Made by a program: the position numbers and the translations under genes. A stretch of DNA of 64,000 nucleotides from Deltaproteobacteria bacterium. GTDB taxonomy: Bacteria > Desulfobacterota > Binatia > UBA12015. Below are positions 37,627-48,857 of this stretch, in pieces. The DNA lies in NCBI GenBank assembly GCA_046583355.1, contig JAYGCM010000069.1:53522-117521 (forward strand), given 5' to 3'. The notes beneath the pieces are model-generated. The model saw only the letters and a list, made by a program, of their open reading frames with translations, searched no databases and was not told the origin of the DNA. Each line of letters starts with the position of its first letter. Position 1 is the first letter of the stretch.

Positions 37627-38355
37627 ATGAGTGAGAGGATGTCCGAGCAAACCCGTGCGCTCTGGGAGCCGCGTGATAATCCGGCCGAGGGCGTGTGGAA
37701 GGTACGGCGCCGCCTGGCGGCCGCCATGCGTCTGGTCGTAGAGCGCCTGACCACCAGCGATGCGCCTGAAGACGAGCTGGTGATCGTGGCGGACCGGCTC
37801 GAAGAATACGCGGCGCGGCTCAAGGGCCACCCGCGCCGCAAGCGCTACGACGGTTTCTCCGAAGCCGCGGTGGCGGATCCTGCCCAGGCGAAGAAATCGA
37901 TGGGCGGCGCGCATTTCGATTTCTCACCGCTCATCGGGCAATCCAACCCATTGGCTCCGCCCATCGTGATCAGCTCAGACGACGAGGGCGTGCAGGGCGA
38001 TGTCGTCTTCGGCGCGGCCTACGAAGGCCCGCCGGGTTGCGTCCACGGCGGCTGTATCGCCGCCGCCTTCGACGAAGTGCTGGGCTATGCGCAGACCTTC
38101 TCCGGTCAGCCAGGCATGACGGGCACCCTGGAGACCGTGTACCGCGCGCCCACGCCCCTGCATACGCCTCTGGTCTTTCGCTCGCGGATCGCCGAGATCT
38201 CGGGCCGCAAGGTAATCTGCAAGGGCACGTTGCATGCGGGCGACCAGCTTTGTGCCGAGGCCACCGGCATCTTCATCTCGTTCAAGCCCGGCAAATTCCT
38301 CGCTCTGGCGGCCGGCCGCGAGGAGCGCGAAAAAAAGCGCAATCCGGCGACCTAG
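37627..38355 (+). CDS. PaaI/hot-dog thioesterase
   Basis: NPLAPP, YEGPPGCVHGG, FDEVLG, YRAPTPL. Confidence 0.85.
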   Translation: MSERMSEQTRALWEPRDNPAEGVWKVRRRLAAAMRLVVERLTTSDAPEDELVIVADRLEEYAARLKGHPRRKRYDGFSEAAVADPAQAKKSMGGAHFDFSPLIGQSNPLAPPIVISSDDEGVQGDVVFGAAYEGPPGCVHGGCIAAAFDEVLGYAQTFSGQPGMTGTLETVYRAPTPLHTPLVFRSRIAEISGRKVICKGTLHAGDQLCAEATGIFISFKPGKFLALAAGREEREKKRNPAT

Positions 38356-38375
38356 AGGAGGCGGATCTGGGGACG

Positions 38376-39509
38376 GTGAGGAAGGCTGGCGCGACTGGCG
38401 CCCGCGTAGCGGGAGCAGCCAAGACGAAGACCAACGCGGGCACTCGTGCTCGTGCGGCCAGTCGCGCGAAGAAGAAGCGTCGCAAGGCCAAGCGCCGCGG
38501 TCGCCAGGGCCTGCTGGGGCGGGCCTGGTACCGGCCGGCCGAGGTCCTGGTGGGCGGCGCGCTGGTTGCCGTTGGGACTCTTGCGGTGCTCGCCCGTCTT
38601 GCCGGTGCCGTCTCGCCCGTGGCGTTGCTTGCGGCGCTCACGGCCGCTGCCGTGCTGAGCGTTGTGCTGGTCTTTTTGCTCGAGAAGTTGCGCCGCGGCA
38701 GCGCGGGTTGGCGGCGTCACGCGCTCAACGCCTTTGCGCTGAGTCTGATCGGCCTGGCCGGCTGGTATGCCCCGCCTACGCACGCGCTAGACGCGCTGCG
38801 TGAGGTGCTGGCTGGCGAGCGGCAGACCCAGGTCCGGGTCGTGCGCCATCAGGTCTATGCCGCCTATCGGCGGATGAATCTGGCCGACCAGTTGAAGATT
38901 CTCGAGCGCGGGCGTGTCTATGAGCCGACCGTGCAGGAGGCGGCGGAGGCCTTCGGCGAGGATGCCGAGATTCTCATGGGCGTGGCTGCGACCGAGTCGA
39001 GTTTTTACCCGCGACCAAGTCGCGATGGGGGCCGTGGGCTTTTTCAGATCACCGCCGTGCCCGCGGCGGCCGAGGCGGCGGCGCGGGCAAAGCTCGGTAT
39101 TGCCCGGCTTGATCCGGTGAACCAGCGCCATAACGCTTTCGTTGCGGCCGCAACGCTGGCGCAATACCGCGAGCAGATGGCCGGGGATCTCTTCCTCACC
39201 CTCTTGGCGTACAATATCGGCCCACATAATGGCGGGCTTGCTTTCATCATGGAGAAGTATGGCGCGAGCAATTTCGCGCAGGCGCAGCCCTATTTGCAGG
39301 AGCTGCCACGAGATTACCCGGTGCGTGTACTGGCCGCGGCGCTGGCCTATCGCGTTTGGCGCCAGCGCGGCGAGCTGCCGCGCTACGAGGAAGACGGGCG
39401 CGCCGCTGAGATCCAGGCGCTCGGCATTCCCGGCCTCGATGATTCTCGCCCAGCGACCTTCGCGTCGTGGTTCAAGCTCACACCCGATCGGGCATCCCGT
39501 ACTGAATAG
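38376..39509 (+). CDS. Membrane-anchored lytic transglycosylase (SLT domain)
   Basis: ATESSF catalytic Glu, GLFQI, AYNIG; basic N-terminus plus TM helices; start uncertain. Confidence 0.75.
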   Translation: MRKAGATGARVAGAAKTKTNAGTRARAASRAKKKRRKAKRRGRQGLLGRAWYRPAEVLVGGALVAVGTLAVLARLAGAVSPVALLAALTAAAVLSVVLVFLLEKLRRGSAGWRRHALNAFALSLIGLAGWYAPPTHALDALREVLAGERQTQVRVVRHQVYAAYRRMNLADQLKILERGRVYEPTVQEAAEAFGEDAEILMGVAATESSFYPRPSRDGGRGLFQITAVPAAAEAAARAKLGIARLDPVNQRHNAFVAAATLAQYREQMAGDLFLTLLAYNIGPHNGGLAFIMEKYGASNFAQAQPYLQELPRDYPVRVLAAALAYRVWRQRGELPRYEEDGRAAEIQALGIPGLDDSRPATFASWFKLTPDRASRTE

Positions 39510-39562
39510 AAGCCTCTCGATTGCCGCAGGCCTACTTTGGCGGGGCCTCTAGGGCATTTTCT

Positions 39563-39964
39563 TCAGCGCGTCGCATCGCGGCTGCGCAGAGCACCGCGCC
39601 AATGCAGAAGGTGCGTGTCGGCCGTGATCAATTCTCCGCTGGCTCGAATCGCTGTCGCGGCGATGATTCGATCTGCTGGGTCGCCATGGAGGCCGTCGAG
39701 TTGGCTGGCGAGAATACCGATCGCGCCGTTCACGGGGATTTCTTCGATGCCAGATCCGAGCGCGTCGCGACGATAGGCCTCGACTGGCTGAGAGAGCGCG
39801 ATGCGCCCCTTTGCGAGCAGCATTCCGATCTCCCAAAAGGAAAGGGCTGAGATCGCGAGCTCCTCTGCATGCAATGCGGTGTCGATGCGGCGCCGTGTAC
39901 GGCGGCCGAGTCGAGGGTTTTCTTCACCCAGCCAGAGCAGAACGTGGGTGTCTATGAGGGTCAA
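39563..39964 (-). CDS. vapC: PIN-domain toxin VapC
   Basis: LIDTHVLLW, SFWEI, HGDPADRII, LITAD. Confidence 0.9.
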   Translation of the reverse strand: MTLIDTHVLLWLGEENPRLGRRTRRRIDTALHAEELAISALSFWEIGMLLAKGRIALSQPVEAYRRDALGSGIEEIPVNGAIGILASQLDGLHGDPADRIIAATAIRASGELITADTHLLHWRGALRSRDATR

Positions 39965-40197
39965 TCTCTATCCGCCTCCCAGTCGAGGTCCAGGGGGGCG
40001 ACAATGTCACCGAGGATCGTCAACTGCCCCTTGGCGAAGCCGAAGAGCGTTTTCGGCCTGTTGCCGAGCGGCGCGAGTTGCGCGACTGGTTTGCCGCGTT
40101 TGGTGATGATGATGGGTTCGTGATCGCGTGCGACCCGATCCATCAATTCGAGGCAATGGGCCTTGAACTCGCCGGCTGCGATTCTTTTTGTGACCAT
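39961..40197 (-). CDS. Phd/YefM antitoxin
   Basis: AGEFKAHCLELMDRV, IIITKRGKPVAQL; overlaps vapC start; alternative ATG at 40209. Confidence 0.9.
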   Translation of the reverse strand: MVTKRIAAGEFKAHCLELMDRVARDHEPIIITKRGKPVAQLAPLGNRPKTLFGFAKGQLTILGDIVAPLDLDWEADRD

Positions 40198-40236
40198 GAT
40201 GGTGACCATGATAGATTAGCTCCCGGTTCGCGGCAA
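40190..40236 (-). promoter_or_regulatory. TA operon sigma70 promoter and direct-repeat operator
   Basis: Minus strand TTGCCG-N17-TATCAT; ATCATGGTCAC repeated twice (40190-40200, 40202-40212) over the -10/start. Confidence 0.55.
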
Positions 40237-40293
40237 GACTCATAATGCCGGTTCGGCCTGCGGGAAAGAGGACGCGGGTGTCATCTGCTTCAC

Positions 40294-40309
40294 TGCACGT
40301 GGCATGCCG
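40294..40309 (-). promoter_or_regulatory. Putative sigma54 promoter facing the TA operon
   Basis: Minus strand CGGCAT-GCCAC-GTGCA (GG-N10-GC) with a GTTGC repeat cluster at 40347-40385 upstream. Confidence 0.4.
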
Positions 40310-40624
40310 GGCTGCATGCGCCCGCATAGTGGGTTTCTTCGGCCAATGTTGCATGGCCGTGTTGCGCCGGGTTGCACGTTGCAACGAAACGTCTCAGGCC
40401 GAGCGAAGGAAAAATGCGCGATAATCCGATTCTCTCGCGAATCGCGAGCCATATGCGTTGACTCCCACGGGTGGTGGATTACAAGAGCATTCCGTGGTCC
40501 GGTCCCGCTTCGCATGTCACGGAAACGGCACCACGGGTGGCTCTGTTTTCGACCAGCATGTTGTGTGCTCCGAGGCGACCTTCCGCGGTGTTGGGTTGGG
40601 GATCCGGATCTTGGAGACCCTCTA

Positions 40625-41395
40625 TTGTCAGCCACTATCGTCATACCAGCTCGTCTCGGCTCGACCCGTCTGCCGGGCAAGGCGCTTGCCGATATCGCCG
40701 GCTTGCCTATGGTCGTGCGCGTCTGGCAGCAGGCCTCGCGCTCACGCGGTGTCGATGAAGTGCTGGTTGCGACTGACGACGAGACGATCTTTCGCGTCGT
40801 TGAGCAGGCCGGGGGCCGGGCTGTGATGACACGCGCCGATCACCCTTCGGGCACCGACCGCATTGCCGAGGTGGCCGCCGGGCTCGACTCCGAGATTATC
40901 GTCAACGTGCAGGGCGACCTGCCGCTGCTCGATCCGAGCTGGGTCGAGGCGGCCATTGCTGCTTTGGAAGAGGCGCCGGCTGGCGGTGGGCAGCGCGCCG
41001 TGATGTCGACGCTCGCCACCACGCTTGATGCTGGCGATGAGAGCCGCCCGCAAGTCGTGAAGGTCGTCTGTGATCAGGCCGGACACGCGCTATATTTCTC
41101 CCGCCAGCCGATCCCGGCGGGCGAGGGGGCTTGCCTCAAACATATCGGGCTCTACGCCTATCGGCGGTCTTTCCTTTTGCAGTTCGCGAAGCTGCGCCCG
41201 ACGCCTTTGGAGCTCTCGGAGAAACTCGAGCAGCTGCGCGTGCTGGAGCACGGCGAGAAAATTCGCGTTGCGATGGTCGAGTCGGTGGCGCCGATGGTCG
41301 AAGTCGATACACAAGAAGATCTGGATAGAATCCGTGCACTCCTCTGCGAGGGGGACGCGGCTAGTGGCTCGCTGCCGAGCCGGGACGAGGGATAA
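40625..41395 (+). CDS. kdsB: 3-deoxy-manno-octulosonate cytidylyltransferase
   Basis: IPARLGSTRLPGK, VATDD, SGTDR, NVQGD, ALYFSR, HIGLYAY, EKLEQLR; TTG start inferred. Confidence 0.95.
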   Translation: MSATIVIPARLGSTRLPGKALADIAGLPMVVRVWQQASRSRGVDEVLVATDDETIFRVVEQAGGRAVMTRADHPSGTDRIAEVAAGLDSEIIVNVQGDLPLLDPSWVEAAIAALEEAPAGGGQRAVMSTLATTLDAGDESRPQVVKVVCDQAGHALYFSRQPIPAGEGACLKHIGLYAYRRSFLLQFAKLRPTPLELSEKLEQLRVLEHGEKIRVAMVESVAPMVEVDTQEDLDRIRALLCEGDAASGSLPSRDEG

Positions 41396-43072
<1,677 letters not shown>

Positions 43073-43126
43073 GCGCCGCTCGCTCTCATAGCCCAGGCGC
43101 CGGCGGCGGGCGTGCCGGGGTGACGG

Positions 43127-44476
43127 GTGCGGGCTGAACCCGCGGCACGCCCCGCAGCGCCCGATCATGGGCCGTTTGTGGGTTGGCGCCGTTGGGTCTC
43201 GTCGCTGTTTACCCTCGTGCTCGGGCTCGGCGTCACTTTTGCGGTGACGGTTCCGGGTACGCCGAGTGCCGCGTGGTGGGTTGTGGTGGTCGCAAGCCTG
43301 GCCCTATGGCAGCGGCCGCAGACCGATTGGGTGGGGGTCGAGCGGCTTTGGCTGATCGCTTTGCTGCTGGTGCCTCTCGCGGCGATCGTGAGTCTGCTGA
43401 ACGCCTCTGATGTGGCGGATAGCGCGGGGCGGATCGAGAAATTTTTCCGCTTTGCCTTGGCCGTACCCGTCTACTTGGCGTGGCGTTCGCAGGCCGAAGA
43501 GCGTGCCGTCTGGATCTTCCTTTTCGTCACTGCCGGAGCGTTGCTGCTGGGGCCGGTCGCCGTCGTGCAGGTCTTCGCCGCGGGGTTGGAACGTGCGGCT
43601 GGGGTGGTTCATCCGATCATGTTCGGCGATACGGCGATGGTCCTGGCGGTGCTGGTTCTGGTCAGCCTGACGGCGATTGGCATGAGTACCGCGACGTCGC
43701 GGGGGCTGCGCCGGCTTTGCGGTGGCCTGGCGATTGCCTCGGCCCTGGTGGCCTGCCTGCTCTCGCAGACGCGCAACGCCATTTTGGTGGTTCCGGTTCT
43801 GGTGGTCGCTCTGCCCTTTCTTTTGCGCCGCCAGATCCGGTTGCGCCGCTGGCTTCCGGTTTGGCTCGGCCTGGGCGTTCTGGGCTTGATTCTCGACCTG
43901 AGTTTCCCTGCCATTGCGCACCATATTCTCCTCGCGGTGGAGGAGGCGCTCGCCTGGTGGCGGGGTGCGGAAGGCGCGATGGGCACATCGGTTGGTGGTC
44001 GGCTCTATGTCTGGGAACTCTGCCTCGCACTCTGGCAGCAACATCCGCTTGTCGGCAACGGGATCGGGGATTACCTGCCGGATCTGCGGGTACTCACCCA
44101 GGCGAGTGGAGATACCGACCTTGTTGAGAATACAAGCCTCAACTACCACGCCCACTCGATCTATTTACACGGGCTGCTCACCCAAGGCGTTCTGGGTACG
44201 ATGGTCCTGCTTGTGGTACTGGTTCTCCCCCTTCGTCAAGCCATGCTTTTGTTGCGTACGGCATCCGATTCGCGCGATACCCAGGCCGCATTGGCTTGCC
44301 TGAGCCCGGCGCTTTGTTTTCTGGTATTCGGAATTGGCGAGGCATGGGTCGTCAAGAACTCTTTTGTCAGCATCTACCTGCTTCTGCAGGTTCCCTTCAT
44401 GGCGCTAGCCAGCGAACGCCTGCGGGCGGTCCGGGCTGCCGAAGCATGCCTCGACCTGCCCGCGAGTCCGAGATGA
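43127..44476 (+). CDS. O-antigen ligase family protein (WaaL/Wzy_C)
   Basis: Polytopic; SQTRNA, SVGGRLYVW, HPLVGNG, HAHSIY. Confidence 0.8.
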   Translation: MRAEPAARPAAPDHGPFVGWRRWVSSLFTLVLGLGVTFAVTVPGTPSAAWWVVVVASLALWQRPQTDWVGVERLWLIALLLVPLAAIVSLLNASDVADSAGRIEKFFRFALAVPVYLAWRSQAEERAVWIFLFVTAGALLLGPVAVVQVFAAGLERAAGVVHPIMFGDTAMVLAVLVLVSLTAIGMSTATSRGLRRLCGGLAIASALVACLLSQTRNAILVVPVLVVALPFLLRRQIRLRRWLPVWLGLGVLGLILDLSFPAIAHHILLAVEEALAWWRGAEGAMGTSVGGRLYVWELCLALWQQHPLVGNGIGDYLPDLRVLTQASGDTDLVENTSLNYHAHSIYLHGLLTQGVLGTMVLLVVLVLPLRQAMLLLRTASDSRDTQAALACLSPALCFLVFGIGEAWVVKNSFVSIYLLLQVPFMALASERLRAVRAAEACLDLPASPR

Positions 44477-45327
44477 GCATTTCCGTCATTCTTTGCACCT
44501 ATGCGTCGCCGCGTTCGCTGGGGCTGGTGCTGGCCGGCTTGTTACGCCAGTCGGTTCTGCCGGACCAACTGATTGTCGCCGACGATGGGTCCGGGGAGGA
44601 GACGGCGGCGGTGGTGGCCTTGCATGCCGCGGCCAGTCCGATCGCGTTCCATCACCTTTGGCAGGCAGATCATGGCGTGCAGAAGGCCGGGATCGTGAAC
44701 GCCGCCCTGGCCATCGCACGAGGCGAGCAAGTTCTTTTTCTGGATGGCGATATGGTGCCGCACCGGCATTGGGTGCGTGACCATGCGGCACGCTTCGATG
44801 GCAGGACCGTCTGGCAGGGGCGTCGGGTGCGGCTGCGTCGGCGGTGGGGCGAGCAACTCACGGCAGAGCGGATTGCCGCGGGCTGGCTCGACTCCTTTCG
44901 CAGCCGCTTTCTCTTTGAGGGCTTCGTGCGTGGCGAGGTGCGAAAGTATCATCTGGCGATCCCTTTGCCTTACGCCGTGACGCGCTTGGCGGAAAAACGC
45001 AAAGGGCTGATGGGGTGCAATTATAGCGCGCCGCGCAGCGTTCTGGAGGCGGTCAACGGCTACGATGCGGGTTGGGAGGGTGCTGGTCTGCTCTGCGAAG
45101 ATCTGGACTTGGAGATTCGCCTGCGCCGCGAGGGGTTCCGCCTGCGGCCGATTCTCCACGCTGGCATCGCTTTCCATCTCGACCATACGCACCGGCCGCT
45201 CTCCGAGCGGGCGTTGTGGCTACGCGCCGAGCGAGCCGCGGTCGAGAACTCGCGCGCCGCCGACGGCATTGTCGAAGCGCGTGCCCGCCTCGCCTCGGGC
45301 GAGGTGCTCGATCGCCTCGTGGATTGA
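44473..45327 (+). CDS. Glycosyltransferase family 2
   Basis: SVILCTY, VADDGS, FLDGD, GCNYS, VNGYD, EDLD. Confidence 0.88.
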   Translation: MSISVILCTYASPRSLGLVLAGLLRQSVLPDQLIVADDGSGEETAAVVALHAAASPIAFHHLWQADHGVQKAGIVNAALAIARGEQVLFLDGDMVPHRHWVRDHAARFDGRTVWQGRRVRLRRRWGEQLTAERIAAGWLDSFRSRFLFEGFVRGEVRKYHLAIPLPYAVTRLAEKRKGLMGCNYSAPRSVLEAVNGYDAGWEGAGLLCEDLDLEIRLRREGFRLRPILHAGIAFHLDHTHRPLSERALWLRAERAAVENSRAADGIVEARARLASGEVLDRLVD

Positions 45328-45344
45328 CGGAAGGAATTGGATGT

Positions 45345-46805
45345 ATGGAAGGCAAAGAGAGCAGGCCGGGCGGGGATTTCACATCTTCTGCGGGGGAGGC
45401 GCAGAAGGCGCGTCCGGCACCGCATTGGCTCGAGCTTGGCGAGGGTTTCTCTGACGTAGTCGCACCGGCCCGGTTCCCAAAGCATCGGCTGCGCTTTCGC
45501 AACCAGCGTTGGGCCGATGAGATCGGCTTGGGCGCGCTCGATGCCGCGGCATGGGAAAAGCATTTCGCGGCTTTCGCGCCGCTGCCCGAGAACCTCCCGG
45601 CTGCGCATGCCGTGCGCTACCACGGCCATCAATTTCGCAGCTATAATCCGGAACTGGGCGACGGGCGCGGCTTTCTCTTCGCGCAATTGCGCTGTCCGGA
45701 GGGCCGCTTGCTCGACCTGGCGACCAAGGGCAGTGGGCAGACACCGTGGTCGCGCCAGGGTGATGGGCGTTTAACGCTCAAAGGTGGCGTGCGCGAGGTG
45801 CTGGCGACCGAGATGCTCGAAGCGCTCGGCGTCTATACGTCGAAATCGTTCTCGCTCTTCGAGACCGGCGAGAGCCTGATGCGCGGCGATGAGCCTTCCC
45901 CGACACGCTCTTCTGTGCTGGTGCGGCTCGGTCATTCGCATATTCGCTTCGGTTGCTTCCAGCGCTTGCGCGCTCTGGACGAGAAGGACAAGCTGCGACG
46001 CCTGCTGGATTATGCCGTGCAATATTACGCGCCCGAGGTAGCGGATGCGCAGGACGTTCCGGCGGCATTTCTCGCCGAGGTAGTCGGCCGCAGCGCGCGC
46101 CTCTGTGCGACCTGGATGGCCGCCGGCTTCGTGCACGGCGTGCTCAATACCGATAATATGAACGTCACTGGCGAGAGTTTCGACTACGGCCCCTTTCGCT
46201 TCCTGCCGCATTATGATGCCTCGTTCACGGCTGCCTATTTCGACCAGAACGGGCTCTACGCCTACGGCCGCCAGCCCGACGCTGTCTTCTGGAATTTGCA
46301 GCGCCTGGCCGAAACATTGATCGACTTGACAAGCGAGGACGTCTTGCGTCGCGCATTGGATTCCTATCCCCAGGACTTCTTCCGCGAGTACCGCGAAGCG
46401 CTGCTGCGGCGGCTTGGCCTGGTGCCGGAGGGCGACGAGCGCGATATGGACTTCCTCTCCCTGCTGCGCGCCTTCTTGCAGGAGAGCCGCATCGGCTACG
46501 ACCAGTTTTTCTTCGATTGGTGGGGCGGCGCCGCCAGCGCCGCGCGCGCGCGCCTATCGCCCGCCGCCGAACTCTACACCACCACCTCCTTTGCCCCTCT
46601 GCGGACGGCCTTGGAGAGCTACGCGCCAAGCGCCACCGAACGCCTCGCCGACCCCTATTTCACCACTCCCGAACCGTGCGCCCTATTGATCGACGAAATC
46701 GAGTCCATCTGGTCGGCCATCGCTGAGCGCGACGATTGGCAACCCTTCGAAGCCAAAATCGCCAGCATCCGCCGCATGGCCCAAGCCACCACCGTGTCCC
46801 CTTGA
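45345..46805 (+). CDS. selO: Protein adenylyltransferase SelO/YdiU
   Basis: YHGHQF, LGDGRG, KGSGQTPWSRQGDGR, HGVLNTDN, FDYGP. Confidence 0.92.
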   Translation: MEGKESRPGGDFTSSAGEAQKARPAPHWLELGEGFSDVVAPARFPKHRLRFRNQRWADEIGLGALDAAAWEKHFAAFAPLPENLPAAHAVRYHGHQFRSYNPELGDGRGFLFAQLRCPEGRLLDLATKGSGQTPWSRQGDGRLTLKGGVREVLATEMLEALGVYTSKSFSLFETGESLMRGDEPSPTRSSVLVRLGHSHIRFGCFQRLRALDEKDKLRRLLDYAVQYYAPEVADAQDVPAAFLAEVVGRSARLCATWMAAGFVHGVLNTDNMNVTGESFDYGPFRFLPHYDASFTAAYFDQNGLYAYGRQPDAVFWNLQRLAETLIDLTSEDVLRRALDSYPQDFFREYREALLRRLGLVPEGDERDMDFLSLLRAFLQESRIGYDQFFFDWWGGAASAARARLSPAAELYTTTSFAPLRTALESYAPSATERLADPYFTTPEPCALLIDEIESIWSAIAERDDWQPFEAKIASIRRMAQATTVSP

Positions 46806-46830
46806 GGGGACGGGTACCTTTTTCTGTCCC

Positions 46831-47937
46831 CTAAGGGGGTGGAGCGGGCGTGGTTGGGCGGCGAGCGAGGACTTCGTTGAGGACGGTGGTGGCGGAGGGG
46901 CGGACGAGGGTGGCGTCGTTGGTGCCGCGCGGGGTGTAGCGGCGTGAGGTCTCGGCGGTGACCAGGGTGAGGAGGGTTGCGCCGGCGGCTACGGCGAGGT
47001 GCATCGGGCCAGAATCGGTGGAGACGACGAGATCTGCCTCGCGCAAGAGTGCGCCGAGGCGGCCGAGTGGCCCCGGCGATACGACGAAGGCCCCGGCACT
47101 TGCGGTGCGGGCCAGCTCGCGGGCGAGTCCGAGCTCTTCGGGGCCGACCAGGACGAGCACGGGCAGGTCGCGGGCGGCCAATGCTTGAATCAGCTCGACC
47201 CAATTTGCGTTGCCCCAGCGTTTGTCGAGGTGGCCGCCGACAAACGCGGCGATATGGGGACGTACCTGGCCGTCTTCGCGCAATAGGCCCGCTGCGCGCC
47301 AGACGGGCAGCGCCTCTTCGCGGTCCTCGGCGCGCAATGTGATGACGGGATGGTCGGCGCAATCGCTGCCGATGCGGCGTGCGACCTCAAGCGACCAATC
47401 GTAGGCATGTTCGGGATGCAGTTCCCCCAGGGGCACATTCAGGAAGCGTCGGTTGCGTCCGTCGATGCCGACGCGGATGGGTGCGCCGCAAAGCCAGGCC
47501 CAGAGGCCGCCGGAGAACGATCCCATGCCCCCTTCCAGCGCGACCTCATAGCCCTCACGCCGCAACTCGCGCCACAGGGCGATCGCCAGCCAGGGGCGCC
47601 CGATCGAGCGTCGGGTGGTCGTATGGATGTGGTCGGCGGCGGTGCGCTCGAAGATCACGCGGGTGGCGTCGGTCGTCAGCACGCCGACCTCTGCGTGTGG
47701 GAAGCGGCGCTTCAGCGCGTCGATCAGGGGGGTGGCGAGCAGGGCGTTACCGATGCGGAAATTGGGTCGGAGCAGCAGAACCTTGCGTGGGACCTTGGGT
47801 TCGGGCAGCGCGACCGGGCTGGGCACGGGGAAAATCGCATCGAGCAGGAAATCGGAAAACCGGCGCCCGAGACGGCCAAAGACTTTGCCGAGCCGCTGCA
47901 CCCAGGGTGCGTGCAGGAGTAGGTTGCTATTGCCCAT
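46831..47937 (-). CDS. Glycosyltransferase family 9 (heptosyltransferase-like)
   Basis: RIGNALLATPLI, KRW, DSGPMHLAVA; start uncertain. Confidence 0.85.
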   Translation of the reverse strand: MGNSNLLLHAPWVQRLGKVFGRLGRRFSDFLLDAIFPVPSPVALPEPKVPRKVLLLRPNFRIGNALLATPLIDALKRRFPHAEVGVLTTDATRVIFERTAADHIHTTTRRSIGRPWLAIALWRELRREGYEVALEGGMGSFSGGLWAWLCGAPIRVGIDGRNRRFLNVPLGELHPEHAYDWSLEVARRIGSDCADHPVITLRAEDREEALPVWRAAGLLREDGQVRPHIAAFVGGHLDKRWGNANWVELIQALAARDLPVLVLVGPEELGLARELARTASAGAFVVSPGPLGRLGALLREADLVVSTDSGPMHLAVAAGATLLTLVTAETSRRYTPRGTNDATLVRPSATTVLNEVLARRPTTPAPPP

Positions 47938-48032
47938 AGGTCTGGTGCCGGCCAACCATCCACCGTTTCCCCCCGCAAGCCAAGGCGGTGTCGCTGGTTC
48001 CGGAACCAGCCGAGCCTTGTTAGGGGTGGGGT

Positions 48033-48857
48033 GTGGATTCCGCACAGGTGAGTATTGGTGGGGTACCTTTTGGTGGCGGTGCGCCTCTGGCGGTGATCGC
48101 GGGGCCTTGCGTCATTGAGTCGCGCGACGCCTCGTTGCGTCACGCCGAGGCGCTACGCCGGATTGCCGAGAGGCTGGGCCTCGGGTTGGTTTTCAAATCC
48201 TCATGGGACAAGGCCAATCGCACTTCGGTTTCTTCGTATCGCGGGCCGGGCCGTGAGGAAGGCCTGCGTATCCTGGAAGACGTGCGCGACGCGACCGGCC
48301 TGCCGCTCTTGACCGATGTGCATGGTAAGGACGATGTCGCACCCGTGGCCGAGGTCGTAGATGTGTTGCAGACGCCCGCGTTCCTTTGCCGGCAGACGGA
48401 TTTCATCATTGCTGTCGCTGCCGCGAAGAAGCCGGCCAATATCAAAAAAGGCCAGTTTCTCTCGCCTTGGGAGATGCAACATGTCGTCGAGAAGGCGCGC
48501 TCGGTCGAAGGGGCCGAGATTCTCGTCACCGAGCGTGGGGCCAGCTTCGGCTACCAGAACCTGGTCTCCGATATGCGCTCGCTGGTTGTGCTCGGCGAGA
48601 TCGGGGTACCGGTAATTTTTGATGCGACTCATAGTGTGCAACTGCCCGGCGGTGCCGGTGGTACCTCGGGCGGACAGCGCGAGTTCGTGCCTGCGCTGGC
48701 GCGTGCGGCGACGGCCGTGGGCATCGATGGTCTCTTTCTCGAAGTGCATGAAGACCCCGCGCGGGCGCTCTCTGATGGCGCGACCTCGTGGCCGCTCGAT
48801 CAGGTCGAAGTATTGCTCGCGCAATTGCAGCGGCTCGACGAGGTGCGGCGCAGCTGA
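48033..48857 (+). CDS. kdsA: KDO-8-phosphate synthase
   Basis: IAGPCVIES, DKANRTS, PAFLCRQTD, KKGQF, FDATHSVQ. Confidence 0.97.
   Translation: MDSAQVSIGGVPFGGGAPLAVIAGPCVIESRDASLRHAEALRRIAERLGLGLVFKSSWDKANRTSVSSYRGPGREEGLRILEDVRDATGLPLLTDVHGKDDVAPVAEVVDVLQTPAFLCRQTDFIIAVAAAKKPANIKKGQFLSPWEMQHVVEKARSVEGAEILVTERGASFGYQNLVSDMRSLVVLGEIGVPVIFDATHSVQLPGGAGGTSGGQREFVPALARAATAVGIDGLFLEVHEDPARALSDGATSWPLDQVEVLLAQLQRLDEVRRS

Noticed and set aside
39510..40260. TA module as part of a mobile element
   Set aside because: No transposase, integrase, tRNA, terminal repeats or target-site duplication visible.
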